A stretch of 33,852 bases of DNA from assembly GCA_040767085.1 (NCBI GenBank), contig JAXGPF010000020.1, positions 1 to 33,852 on the forward strand, given 5' to 3'. Source of the DNA: Kiritimatiellia bacterium. Its GTDB lineage: Bacteria > Verrucomicrobiota > Kiritimatiellia > JAAZAB01. The position numbers and the translations under genes were made by a program. The notes beneath the pieces are model-generated. The model was not told the DNA's origin. It saw only the letters and a program-made list of their open reading frames with translations, and did no database searches. Shown in pieces: positions 22,545 through 32,219 of the stretch (the stretch's first letter is position 1; each line of letters begins with the position of its first letter).

Positions 22545-23751
22545 GGCGTTTGTCGTCAGATCCCATCAAGGCCGTGCCGCCGATGTAAGCCGCCAAAGAC
22601 TGGCGCAGCGATTGCTGATCGGCCAGCCGGGCGTCATGGCTTTGCCGGGTGACCGCGACAAGGCTGGCAAGCGTCGCCGAGAGCTCGTCATAGCGCCGCG
22701 CGTTTTCGCAGCGTTCCGACGCCGATTGGTCGCGGGCTTCCTCCAGGCAGCCCGCCACTCGTTGGAGTTGCCGTGCATCTTCCTCGGCGCACGCGCGCAG
22801 CGCCTTGGCCGACTCAGCCAGTTCCGTGAATCTGGCCGTCTGTTCAACCTGCTGCCGCGCGGATTCATGGACATCGGCGCATAACCCGTCGAAGCGGGCA
22901 AGGCTGGCGCGCAGTCCGGTTTCAAGTCCGGCGATTTGTTTCAGGAATGCATTGGTTTCCTGTTGCGCCCGCACGGCATTTTCAATGGCGCCGCCGGCCG
23001 CCTGCAATCCGCCGCACAATGCGCGCATGGCGGCTTCCTGGCGTTCCATGCGCTCGAACAATCCAGCCAGCACTGGCGGGTGGAGATTTTCGGCGAAAAT
23101 CCGGCTGGCCTGGCCGAGTTCCCGGAGGTCGGCGGTCAGGCTTTCAACCGTTTCCGTGAGCGTCCGCCGGCTTTCCGCCGGGGTGATACCGGCCAGTTTG
23201 CGGAACAGCCATGGGATGGGCCGCGCGGCGAGGAAGGCGCCGACCAGGCCGGCGAGTGAACTGAGCAACGCGGTGGCCGTGCCGGCCAGCAGGCGTTCCA
23301 AGGCGAGGCGGATGGTGTCGGCCGTCGGCGCTTCCCGGGCCAGTTCCGGTACGCCGCTGACATACAATCCCATGAACATCCCGTAAAGCGTGCCGGCCAG
23401 CCCCAGCATCACCAGGAAAAAGCCGAAATGCGCGGGATACGGGTCCGCCTCCAGCTTGTGCGCAAAGGCCGGATTGGCTGGCAGCCGTCGCAGGATGCGC
23501 AGCGCCTGGACCAGCGGGTATAGGAGCATCAACAGCGGGATCAGCGTGGTGATCGTGCTGAGGTCAAGGGACATGATCGCAAACCGGGCAAACCAATCCG
23601 GCGGCAGGATGCGTTCCAGCAGCAGGCATTGCGGGGACCAGACCCGCACCGCCAGTTCCAGATTCACCAACCAGGCCAGCAGGGCCGGCGGCAGGCATGC
23701 CAGGCAGACCAGCGCCACCAGCGCCATATTACGGCTTTCGCGATTATTCAT
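22537..23751 (-). CDS. MotA/TolQ/ExbB-family ion-channel protein with long C-terminal coiled coil
   Basis: LVMLGLAGTLYGMFMGL and LLAGTATALLSSLAGLVGA match the two conserved channel helices; about 210-aa helical tail. ATG 23751 preferred over 23787 because of GGGAG SD and upstream TTGGCA-18nt-TATGCT. Confidence 0.75.
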   Translation of the reverse strand: MNNRESRNMALVALVCLACLPPALLAWLVNLELAVRVWSPQCLLLERILPPDWFARFAIMSLDLSTITTLIPLLMLLYPLVQALRILRRLPANPAFAHKLEADPYPAHFGFFLVMLGLAGTLYGMFMGLYVSGVPELAREAPTADTIRLALERLLAGTATALLSSLAGLVGAFLAARPIPWLFRKLAGITPAESRRTLTETVESLTADLRELGQASRIFAENLHPPVLAGLFERMERQEAAMRALCGGLQAAGGAIENAVRAQQETNAFLKQIAGLETGLRASLARFDGLCADVHESARQQVEQTARFTELAESAKALRACAEEDARQLQRVAGCLEEARDQSASERCENARRYDELSATLASLVAVTRQSHDARLADQQSLRQSLAAYIGGTALMGSDDKRHA

Positions 23752-24107
23752 GAAGACACTCCCGGATTGGCGGCGAGCATATTCCATTCCGGCGGGTTAT
23801 GCCAATACTTTTTATGGGACAGGGGCAACTACTTGCAGGAAATCAATCGCATAACCGAACGGCATGCGCCTTTTCCATCGTCGGCTTCCCGCCGCCGCCT
23901 TGATGATCTTTGTGTCTTCGCAGGCAAAATGCAAATTGCCGCCCATGACAGGCATGGCTATCAATTTTGCCAATATGGACGACGCCCCGGGTTAATACCG
24001 GACATCCATTCGCCCATCAAGAGATGCAAACCATGAGAATCAGGGCCGGAACAGGGAAAATCGGGCAGGCCGATACTCTTCACAATTCAACTCCAGCCCC
24101 GCGGCCC

Positions 24108-27100
24108 TCATTCCAGCGTTAATGTCAATTGCGAAACCAGGATCGGACCGTCCAGGCGCAGAATGCCATCCATCGGGTAATCCACCGCGAACCAGAGGTT
24201 GTAAACGCCCGGCGGCAGCACCATGCCTTGCGCCAGCACGATCCGCGGCATGTTCATCAGCGGACCCTGGTACGCCGGCTGGCAGTTGGCAAGATTGCCG
24301 TCAAACTCGATAAATGCCATGTCGCGGCTCAGGTAATACCAGAGATTCCCGTTATGCGCATACGCCGCTACCCACCAATCCACGTTGTACCCGATATATT
24401 CGGCGGGCAGGTTCATCATCTCCAGGGTAATAGTGATGGGCGTGCCGGCGGGCAGGCACACGTTGTCGCCCACCATACCGTTGACACTCACCAGCGGGCC
24501 GACTTCAGCCAGGTAGCCCGTATCGAATTCGCTGAACGCGCTCGTGCCGGCGGTGTTTACCGCCTTGACCCAGTAGTAATAAGTCATCTGATTGCGGGCG
24601 GTCAGATCATCATACCAGCGCAGGGCGGTCTGCCCGATTTTCCGGGCCGCGCTGGCATCGGGCGCGGTATGCCGCCAGACTTCATAAGACGCAGCGCGGG
24701 CGGCGGCTTCCCAACTCACGCGCACTTTATCGGTATATTTTCCGTCACTGGCGGAAATACCCGCCGGCGGAGCCGGCCCCACCTCCTGCACGATGATCAC
24801 GTTGGTCGCAGTCGCCGCCGCGTTCCAGTTGGAATTGCCCGCCTGCGCCGCCGCGATGGCCACCGTGCCCGCGGCGGTAAACGTGAGACGGTTGCCCCCT
24901 GCAATCTTGCCCGGGCCGGATGACACTGCAAAAGCCACCGACAACCCGGAGGAAGCGGTTGCCGACAATTTCACCGTGTTGGTAACCATCTGGTCGGGAA
25001 TGGCCGGGAACACGACGGTTTGCGCGGCCTTGGCGATGGCGAGCATGGCCTTGGTCTGGCCTTGATAGATCGCGCTAGCTACCGTCCCCGTCACGGCGTA
25101 CGCGCCCGCGTTTACCGGCGGCGCCGCCTGGCCGTTATAAGTCAAAGCGACGGTAAGGCCGGTGGGAACGGACACGGCGTTGACAATGCGCGGCGCGCCG
25201 TTATAGGTCTGGTTCAGGTTATGGAGCGTCACCTGAGCCGGGGCCTTGGCGACGTTGAATGTACTGGTAACATTTAGCGCGGCGCTCCAGATGGCATTGC
25301 CCGCCTGCACGGCCACGACGGCCACCGTGCCGGCCGCCGTGAAAGTCAGGCTGTTGTTCGATTCGATCGTTCCCGGCCCGCTTCCCACCACAAAGCTCAC
25401 CGGCAGCGCGGAGGATGCGGTGGCGGCCAGGCTGACTGTATTCGTCGCGATCTGCGGGCCGGGATTGGCGAAGGCAATCGTCTGGGTCAGCTTCTCCCCC
25501 TGCCCGGACAACGCCACGGCCACGCGCGGCGCATAACGGTCATTGCTGTCAATCAGAACTTCAGCCCGGTTGGAAAGCGCGGCCTGGGGCCTATAGGTCA
25601 CATCGAATGTCATCGATCCATTGGCCGGTATCGAGCAAGGCAGCGCCGGGGCATTGGAAAACGAAAACACCGCGCCCCCGCCGTTGGCCACGGCCATCTC
25701 CATCTCGTCGTCGGATTGGAACTCGCCCACCAGGCGGCTGGCGCCGGTAGCGGTGTCAAGAACCCGCAACGCCCCGCCGCCCGAGTAGTAGGCCGCCCAG
25801 TAAAGGATGTCGTTGGCCTCGTCGAAGTCCAAGCCTTGCGCATAGTTAGCGTTGATTCCCAACGGCCCGATGATCGTGCCGACGCCCGTTGTCTTGTCAA
25901 TGGCCACCAGACGATCCCAGGTTATATCCACGCCGTACATCTTGCCTTCGGCGTTGATCGCGATGCCAATGTAGGTTCCGGGACGGCTGATATCCGTTAT
26001 AAACGTGGCTTCGCCGGTGTTCGGGTTGATCCGGTAAAGCTTATAGTTGGCGACGGCATACAACGTCCCGTCCACGGGATCGCCAGCCAATCCGGTCCAA
26101 TGAAAACCTGTTGCCGGCACGGCGGGGCCGATAAGCGTTATGTCGCCGGTCGTCGTATCGATCGAAACCAGGGTATTGGAGTAATAATGCAGCGCGTATA
26201 ATTTGCTGAAATCCCCGTTAAGGAAGTCGCAGGCAAAATAATCGGCCGGGCCATCCTTGATTGTCATCAACGTTCCCGGCGTCGCCGAGGAGAAAGACAC
26301 CAGAGAATCTTCGTGAAGATCAAGCCCGTAGCACGGCACCGTGCTGGGCGCCGGGGTCGGATCCTCCCCCCGTAACGGCTCCCGCTTCTTCGCCGGCGCG
26401 CGTTCCGTGAATACCGCTTTCCCGGGATTTGCGACCAGCCCGGCGCCAGCCGCGCCCCACCCTCCCGCGCCCGCCCCGCCATTAGTGCCGGCCAGCATCC
26501 GCACGGCGATATTGGTAATCACCAGCGGATAGCTGGAATCGGCGTTGGTGATCGTTATTTGCTCCGTCCGCGATTGCCGGAGCTGCACGACGCCAAAAGG
26601 CATGTTCGTGTCGTTATAGGGCGGAATGGAATCGAGCACTTCGATATTGCCCGGCTGCGGCAGGACCGTTAAGGCCGCTGCCCGCGAATACGCCGTGCCC
26701 GAGGTCTCGTTCGAGAAGATCACCGCGCTTTCATAACTGCCCGCGGCCAAAGAACCCGCCTCTGCGGCTACGATGGACACCGTCACCTCGGCCGAAGCGC
26801 CGGCGGCCAACACTCCGCCCGGCGCGGAGAGCGCGGCCCAGGCCTGGGTTTGCGCGGCCGACCAGGTCAGTGCATTATCCCCCGCATTGGTCAAGGTGTA
26901 AACAATGTTTGTGGGCGCAAAGCTGTCACCCTCGCCCATGTATCCGCTGGAGGCCAGCCCGTTGGAGGGCGACACCGTCATGGGTTCGTGCACAGTCAGG
27001 GTCGCCGTGCGCTCCTGCGTGGTCCCGTCGGTTATATTCGAGAATACCAGCCGGTTGGTATAAACGCCGGGCGCCAGGCTTGCGGCCGACGCATTGGCCT

Positions 27101-30100
27101 GCGCGGTAACACGAACCCAACCGGCGGAATCGAGATAGCCGTATGACGGGGTCACATCCAGCCAGGCTTGCGAGCAGAGGCTGGTCCAGGACAGAGACAA
27201 CAGATTGGTGTTGGCCAGCTGGTACACGCGTTCCGGCGCAAACGGGCCGCCATGGTAGCCGGACGCATTCAGCCCCGCCGAAGGCACGATGCAGGGATTG
27301 CCGCCGGTTATTCCGGATAATACGACGTCATCCACCTGCCACCACCAATCATAGTTGGCGTTGTGGTAACGGAAGCGGAACATCACGTTTGCCTGGCCCG
27401 CGACTTGGGAAGAAACGTCGAGCACGATGTTCGTCGGCCCCCGGTAGTCCTCCTCGGTTTTTCTCCATAGGTTGACCCATGGCCCCGCGGCGCCGTTGAC
27501 GCTGACATCCACGTCAGCTATTTCGACATCGTAAGAATTAAAATCGTTCCTGAACGAAAACTCCGCGGCCTTCAGGGCGGAGCAGTCCACCACGGGCGTC
27601 CGTAATTCCGTGTCCATGTTGACTTCACCCGCATAATCGCTGTCGGCAATGGCGAATCCATTGCTGCCGCCGGTCCTGTTGCCGCGCTTGCCCGGGTCGT
27701 CGAACCGCCATTTGGCGGAGCTGCCGACGATAGACCAGCCCGCCGGCAGGCCGGCGCTGAAATCGCTCGTCATTAAAAGCGGCAATTGGATGGCGAGATC
27801 AACCGCACGCGCCGCTGTGCCGCCATCGGTCATATTGGAAAAAACGACCGTGGCCGCATACGCGCCCCCGGCCATAACGGCGGCTTCGTCGTTAAGCGAC
27901 ACGGTAACCGGCAGGACGGCGCCGGCGGCCAGAACGCCTCCGGACACGGACAACTCCACCCAGGCGGCATCGCACTGCGCCGTCCACGTTAATGGCGCCA
28001 GCGAGGCATTGGTCAGGCTATATACATACCCGGTTGGCGCAAAGGGCCCGCCCTCGTCACCCGCGAAAGAGCATCCCGATGTCGGCGCAACCTGCAGGGG
28101 AATGGGCGTCAGAGCAAAATTCCGGGTGGTGACGCCATCGAGCGTAATGGTTACGGAAACCGCCGCGCTGGTCGCGTAATTCTGCGCCGAGACGACCGCC
28201 CAGTGGGTTCCAGGCGCAAGGAAGATGGAATACTCGCCGCTGCCGAGCGAGAGGGTCGAGTCGCCGCTATTGGTCAACGCAATCCGCGCGCCTTCAATCG
28301 CCTGACCGGTGAGCATGTTGGTGACCACGCCCTGGAGCGTTCCGGCTTCACCCATGCCCGTGACCAGGACATCGTCAATACACACGCCGAATCCATAGTC
28401 GGCAACGCCCTCAAAAGCAATGAAATAGTTGGTTCCCGGAGCGGGAAGGATGACGGTCCGTTTGGTCCAGGGCGTTGTGCAAGTCGCATAATTGGTCAGC
28501 AGAACCCACGCCGCTTCCGCGTTGGTGCGGTAATAAATTGAAAGGGTGTCCTGGTCTTCCAACCAGTCTTCCATGTAATGCCAAAATGTCAGCTCGGTAT
28601 GGTTGGTAAACATCCTGAAGTTAATTGGCGGCGTGACCAACCTTGTGCAATCGTCGTCCGACGAGTAAAACGCGGCATTATACGAGCCGCCGTGCGCGCC
28701 GGACGGCGTATGCTGGTTTGGCCAGCCGCCGCTGATAAATACCCAGTCTTGCCCGCCAACATCATATTCTTGCGACCAGCCCGGCGGCATGCCCCCGTCA
28801 TGCTCGAATCTTTCCGATAAGAGCGCGGGCGCTTCGGTGGTGAACGACCAGACCTCCCCTGTCCGTGTGCCGCCGGAGGTATGGGCGTCAACCCGCCAGT
28901 AATAGGTTGTGCGGTAACGCAAGCTGCCGGGATCAAACCAAGTGGCTTCCTGCGCGCCCATGAACTCGCCCGCGCCCGGCGAGGCATTGGTGCCGAAGTA
29001 GACGTCGAAACTCGTGGCGCCGCCGGCGTTGCCCCACGACATTTTGGCGCCGCGCGCCACGCCTGTTTCCCCATCGGCCGGTTCGGGGCCGCTGGCTTTG
29101 GCCGGGGCCGAAACTGACGCCGACCGGATCGCAAGCGCATAAGGCTGCGGTCCCTGGGGGATGTTGTACCCGATCACCTTGATGGTCAGCGCGCCGATCG
29201 GCGCCGGGTCAAGGTCTATCCCTTCCACATTATTGATCCGATCGAAACCCGAGCGCCCGAACGCGTAGTTGGTCGTGCCGCCGGGCGTAATCACCACCAA
29301 ATCGAGATCGTTCACGAGCTGAACGGCCGCCGCCTCGCTGCCCGGGTAGTCGGTCCAGGCCAGGATAACCGATACGCGGCCGGTGCGGGTGACATTAAAC
29401 GTATACGTATGGGCGCCGCCGGTGGCCAGCGCATTGGTCCCATCGTAAAACATATTGGTGTGGCCCGCGCCCGGGAAGAGCGAAGCGCCAAGGTTGACCT
29501 GCCCCCAGCCTTCAACATTGTTGGGACGGGGGGCGCCGGGCACTTCCCGCTCAGCCCCGGTTCCATATTGTCCGGGAGTCAGAGACTTGGCCCCGGCTAT
29601 CAGTGCCGCTTTGACCAGCGCCGCGCAGGGATTCGTAAAGCCCCGCAACTGCATCAGATATTGGCGCGCAATCGCCGCCGCTCCGGCTGTAAGCGGCGTG
29701 GACATGCTGGTGCCGCCGCTGAACATGTAATAGTTGCTGGCAGAATTGCCCAGGATGCCGCTGCCCGTGCCCCAAGCAGTTCCCGCTCCGCTCACGCGCG
29801 ACCGGCACGAAACAATGTCCGTGCCTGGTGCGACAATGTCCGGCTTGATCCGTCCGTCATTGCACGGGCCGCGGCTGGAAAAGGCCGCCATGCCCTGGCG
29901 CAGGCCGTCGGCGCTGGTCGAAATCAAATCGTCGCTGATAGGCGGCACGGGATAATAATACTTCCACCCTTCGGTGCCCCACGTGTATGACGAATATCCG
30001 CCGGAACCATCGGGGCGATGACTTTCCGAAGCGCCAACGGTCAGCACGTTTTTGGCCGTGCCGGGAGTGCCCATGCGCTGCCAATCTATAACCCCGTCGC

Positions 30101-31331
30101 GGTCGCCGTCGCGGCCTTCGTTGCCGGCGGAAAAAACTACCAGCATGTCCGGATGGTTCCACATGAACGCGTCCGCGTTGGCGGAGTCCACGTTATAACA
30201 GCCATTCATCGAAGAGCCCCAACTGTCGGAATGAATCCGCGCATCGTTGGTGTAGGCCTGTAGAAAGAGGTCGTTCAAATCCGCGGGAACACCACCCAAG
30301 CTGCCATACTCGTCCATAACCGACTGCATCACCAGACGGGCGCCATAGGCCACGCCGTGGAACAGGCCGTTGCTGTAAGCGCGGCCATCCCCCGCGAGGG
30401 ATCCCGCCGTGTGCGTGCCGTGCCCGTCAGGGTCGCTCCAATCACCGGGGCGTCCCAGCGCAAAAGCCGCTTTCACCCGGTTGGTGAAATCCGGGTGCAA
30501 GGTGCCCAGGTTGCCGGTGTCGAAGCCTGTGTCGGCGATGCCCACAACCTGCCCGGCGGCGGTCAAGCCGTAATCGGCCTGCACCGCGGCGGCGTTCATC
30601 CGGGGCGATTCCTGCGCCACGTTATTATGCAGTTCGCGCGGAACATAGTCCTCGATCCATTCGACCTCGCCCAGGGCCGCCAGGCTCTCCACTGCCGCGA
30701 GCGGAACCTGTGCGCGGATCAGGCCGCGCCGGCCGCCCCGGCTCTCGCGCAGCACCTGGCCGCCGGCGGCGGCGACGGCCTGAGCCACGCGGCCGGCGTC
30801 CTCGGGCCGAAAGGTCAGGATGGTCACAACGCCGATGGACGCCGCGGCGGCGGATGCCTCGGCCGGGGACTGGGCCGCCGCCTTGCGGTCAACGGCCGGC
30901 GCCGGGGTCGCGGCGCGGGCCTTGAGCCGCGGCTGCATCTTATATTCGGCCCGGTATTCCCCGATCCATTGCACGTCCGCGATTTTAGCGATAGCGTCAA
31001 GGCTGCCGGGATCGGCCAGGACGACGAAGGCGTTCTCCGGCAGATAGAACTTGATTTCAGCGCCGGCTGATTTCAGCGCCGCCTTCCATTCCGCGCGGAT
31101 GGGCCCGGCGAATTGCACGATATAAGGAAGCGTGCCGCGCGCCGGCGCAACCGCCGGCCTCTCCGCCGCAATCTTATCCGTATGGCGCCCGGTTTTTTTG
31201 CTTTTGGCAACCGCGGCGGATGTGTCAATGACGCCGCCTGCCAAACGTATTTCCGACGCCGTCCCCCGGACATGGAAGATGCCCGCGAGGAATAGGGACG
31301 CAACAACAACGGATAACCGGCATATTTTCAT
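24108..31331 (-). CDS. Giant secreted S8 (KP-43-like subtilisin) serine protease with multiple accessory domains, 2407 aa
   Basis: Signal peptide from ATG 31331, propeptide, triad GIADTG / GHGTH / GTSMSTP, AGNEG oxyanion motif, LVNDLDL beta-barrel, then FN3-like, jelly-roll, Ig/BACON-like repeats, propeller-like region and MBG-like domain. Confidence 0.93.
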   Translation of the reverse strand: MKICRLSVVVASLFLAGIFHVRGTASEIRLAGGVIDTSAAVAKSKKTGRHTDKIAAERPAVAPARGTLPYIVQFAGPIRAEWKAALKSAGAEIKFYLPENAFVVLADPGSLDAIAKIADVQWIGEYRAEYKMQPRLKARAATPAPAVDRKAAAQSPAEASAAAASIGVVTILTFRPEDAGRVAQAVAAAGGQVLRESRGGRRGLIRAQVPLAAVESLAALGEVEWIEDYVPRELHNNVAQESPRMNAAAVQADYGLTAAGQVVGIADTGFDTGNLGTLHPDFTNRVKAAFALGRPGDWSDPDGHGTHTAGSLAGDGRAYSNGLFHGVAYGARLVMQSVMDEYGSLGGVPADLNDLFLQAYTNDARIHSDSWGSSMNGCYNVDSANADAFMWNHPDMLVVFSAGNEGRDGDRDGVIDWQRMGTPGTAKNVLTVGASESHRPDGSGGYSSYTWGTEGWKYYYPVPPISDDLISTSADGLRQGMAAFSSRGPCNDGRIKPDIVAPGTDIVSCRSRVSGAGTAWGTGSGILGNSASNYYMFSGGTSMSTPLTAGAAAIARQYLMQLRGFTNPCAALVKAALIAGAKSLTPGQYGTGAEREVPGAPRPNNVEGWGQVNLGASLFPGAGHTNMFYDGTNALATGGAHTYTFNVTRTGRVSVILAWTDYPGSEAAAVQLVNDLDLVVITPGGTTNYAFGRSGFDRINNVEGIDLDPAPIGALTIKVIGYNIPQGPQPYALAIRSASVSAPAKASGPEPADGETGVARGAKMSWGNAGGATSFDVYFGTNASPGAGEFMGAQEATWFDPGSLRYRTTYYWRVDAHTSGGTRTGEVWSFTTEAPALLSERFEHDGGMPPGWSQEYDVGGQDWVFISGGWPNQHTPSGAHGGSYNAAFYSSDDDCTRLVTPPINFRMFTNHTELTFWHYMEDWLEDQDTLSIYYRTNAEAAWVLLTNYATCTTPWTKRTVILPAPGTNYFIAFEGVADYGFGVCIDDVLVTGMGEAGTLQGVVTNMLTGQAIEGARIALTNSGDSTLSLGSGEYSIFLAPGTHWAVVSAQNYATSAAVSVTITLDGVTTRNFALTPIPLQVAPTSGCSFAGDEGGPFAPTGYVYSLTNASLAPLTWTAQCDAAWVELSVSGGVLAAGAVLPVTVSLNDEAAVMAGGAYAATVVFSNMTDGGTAARAVDLAIQLPLLMTSDFSAGLPAGWSIVGSSAKWRFDDPGKRGNRTGGSNGFAIADSDYAGEVNMDTELRTPVVDCSALKAAEFSFRNDFNSYDVEIADVDVSVNGAAGPWVNLWRKTEEDYRGPTNIVLDVSSQVAGQANVMFRFRYHNANYDWWWQVDDVVLSGITGGNPCIVPSAGLNASGYHGGPFAPERVYQLANTNLLSLSWTSLCSQAWLDVTPSYGYLDSAGWVRVTAQANASAASLAPGVYTNRLVFSNITDGTTQERTATLTVHEPMTVSPSNGLASSGYMGEGDSFAPTNIVYTLTNAGDNALTWSAAQTQAWAALSAPGGVLAAGASAEVTVSIVAAEAGSLAAGSYESAVIFSNETSGTAYSRAAALTVLPQPGNIEVLDSIPPYNDTNMPFGVVQLRQSRTEQITITNADSSYPLVITNIAVRMLAGTNGGAGAGGWGAAGAGLVANPGKAVFTERAPAKKREPLRGEDPTPAPSTVPCYGLDLHEDSLVSFSSATPGTLMTIKDGPADYFACDFLNGDFSKLYALHYYSNTLVSIDTTTGDITLIGPAVPATGFHWTGLAGDPVDGTLYAVANYKLYRINPNTGEATFITDISRPGTYIGIAINAEGKMYGVDITWDRLVAIDKTTGVGTIIGPLGINANYAQGLDFDEANDILYWAAYYSGGGALRVLDTATGASRLVGEFQSDDEMEMAVANGGGAVFSFSNAPALPCSIPANGSMTFDVTYRPQAALSNRAEVLIDSNDRYAPRVAVALSGQGEKLTQTIAFANPGPQIATNTVSLAATASSALPVSFVVGSGPGTIESNNSLTFTAAGTVAVVAVQAGNAIWSAALNVTSTFNVAKAPAQVTLHNLNQTYNGAPRIVNAVSVPTGLTVALTYNGQAAPPVNAGAYAVTGTVASAIYQGQTKAMLAIAKAAQTVVFPAIPDQMVTNTVKLSATASSGLSVAFAVSSGPGKIAGGNRLTFTAAGTVAIAAAQAGNSNWNAAATATNVIIVQEVGPAPPAGISASDGKYTDKVRVSWEAAARAASYEVWRHTAPDASAARKIGQTALRWYDDLTARNQMTYYYWVKAVNTAGTSAFSEFDTGYLAEVGPLVSVNGMVGDNVCLPAGTPITITLEMMNLPAEYIGYNVDWWVAAYAHNGNLWYYLSRDMAFIEFDGNLANCQPAYQGPLMNMPRIVLAQGMVLPPGVYNLWFAVDYPMDGILRLDGPILVSQLTLTLE

Positions 31332-31366
31332 GGTCTCAGTTTTAATATTTACCAGACTCGCATTTC

Positions 31367-32167
31367 TCAAAATCCCGTTTCCCCGCGTTTCCTTTGCCGC
31401 GCGATATTTAACAGAAATTCGTCAAATTCCCTGGCGGCTGCCGGATTAGTTGCACTGATGGCCCCGCCGCGGTCGTCATCGGTGACAAAGACAATCCGCT
31501 CGTTAGCGGCCACGCCCTTGAGAATGCCGCGCGCCGATGCTGCCGGAGTGATGGCGGATTTCGGCGCCCGCCCGGCCCAGATCGGCGTGGCGACGGTCCC
31601 GGGGATGACGGCGGAAAAACGTATGTTTTCATCCCACAACTCATAACGGAGCGAGCCGGTAAGCCCGATCAGCGCGGACTTGGTGGCGCTGTACATGCTT
31701 TGAAAAGGCATGGGCACAAAACCGATGCCGGAAGCGGTGTTGGCGATATGCCCGCCGCCCTGTGCCCGCATGACCGGCAAGACCGCCCGGATTCCGTACA
31801 AGGCGCCGTAAAAATTCACATCGAAGGCGAACTTCCAATCGGCGTCGGTTGTTGCGTCAAAAGGCTTGCCCAAACCGAGCCCGGCGTTGTTGAAAAGGAA
31901 ATGAATCTGACCTGATCCGTAAGCGGCGGCCTGGCGGATCATGCCTGCCACGCTTTCCTGCCTGGTCACATCGGCCTGGATGCCAGACACCTTGCCGGGG
32001 TATGCCGCCTCGAGCCGTTCGCTTTCCTTTTTAAGTTTATCGGCGTTGAGATCCGCCAGGATGACCGTCCTGGCGCCGTATGACAAAAGCGTTTCGCACA
32101 ATGCCAACCCGATCCCCGACGCGCCGCCAGTAACGACGGCGACCTTGTTTTGGTAATAATTATTCAT
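31367..32167 (-). CDS. Short-chain dehydrogenase/reductase
   Basis: VAVVTGGASGIG, NNAG, YSATK; start ATG 32167 (MNNYYQNK) with GGAGG upstream. Confidence 0.93.
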   Translation of the reverse strand: MNNYYQNKVAVVTGGASGIGLALCETLLSYGARTVILADLNADKLKKESERLEAAYPGKVSGIQADVTRQESVAGMIRQAAAYGSGQIHFLFNNAGLGLGKPFDATTDADWKFAFDVNFYGALYGIRAVLPVMRAQGGGHIANTASGIGFVPMPFQSMYSATKSALIGLTGSLRYELWDENIRFSAVIPGTVATPIWAGRAPKSAITPAASARGILKGVAANERIVFVTDDDRGGAISATNPAAAREFDEFLLNIARQRKRGETGF

Positions 32168-32219
32168 GCCTGGCAGTTCCTCCCCGATTTGACCGCGCCG
32201 TATTTCGCCGGCCCGGCAC

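Noticed and set aside
19317-23751. Calling the trio a canonical Zorya, Tol or TonB system
   Set aside because: No ZorC/D/E, TolA/B/Pal or TonB genes in the window, no OmpA motif in gene B, and gene C is exported.
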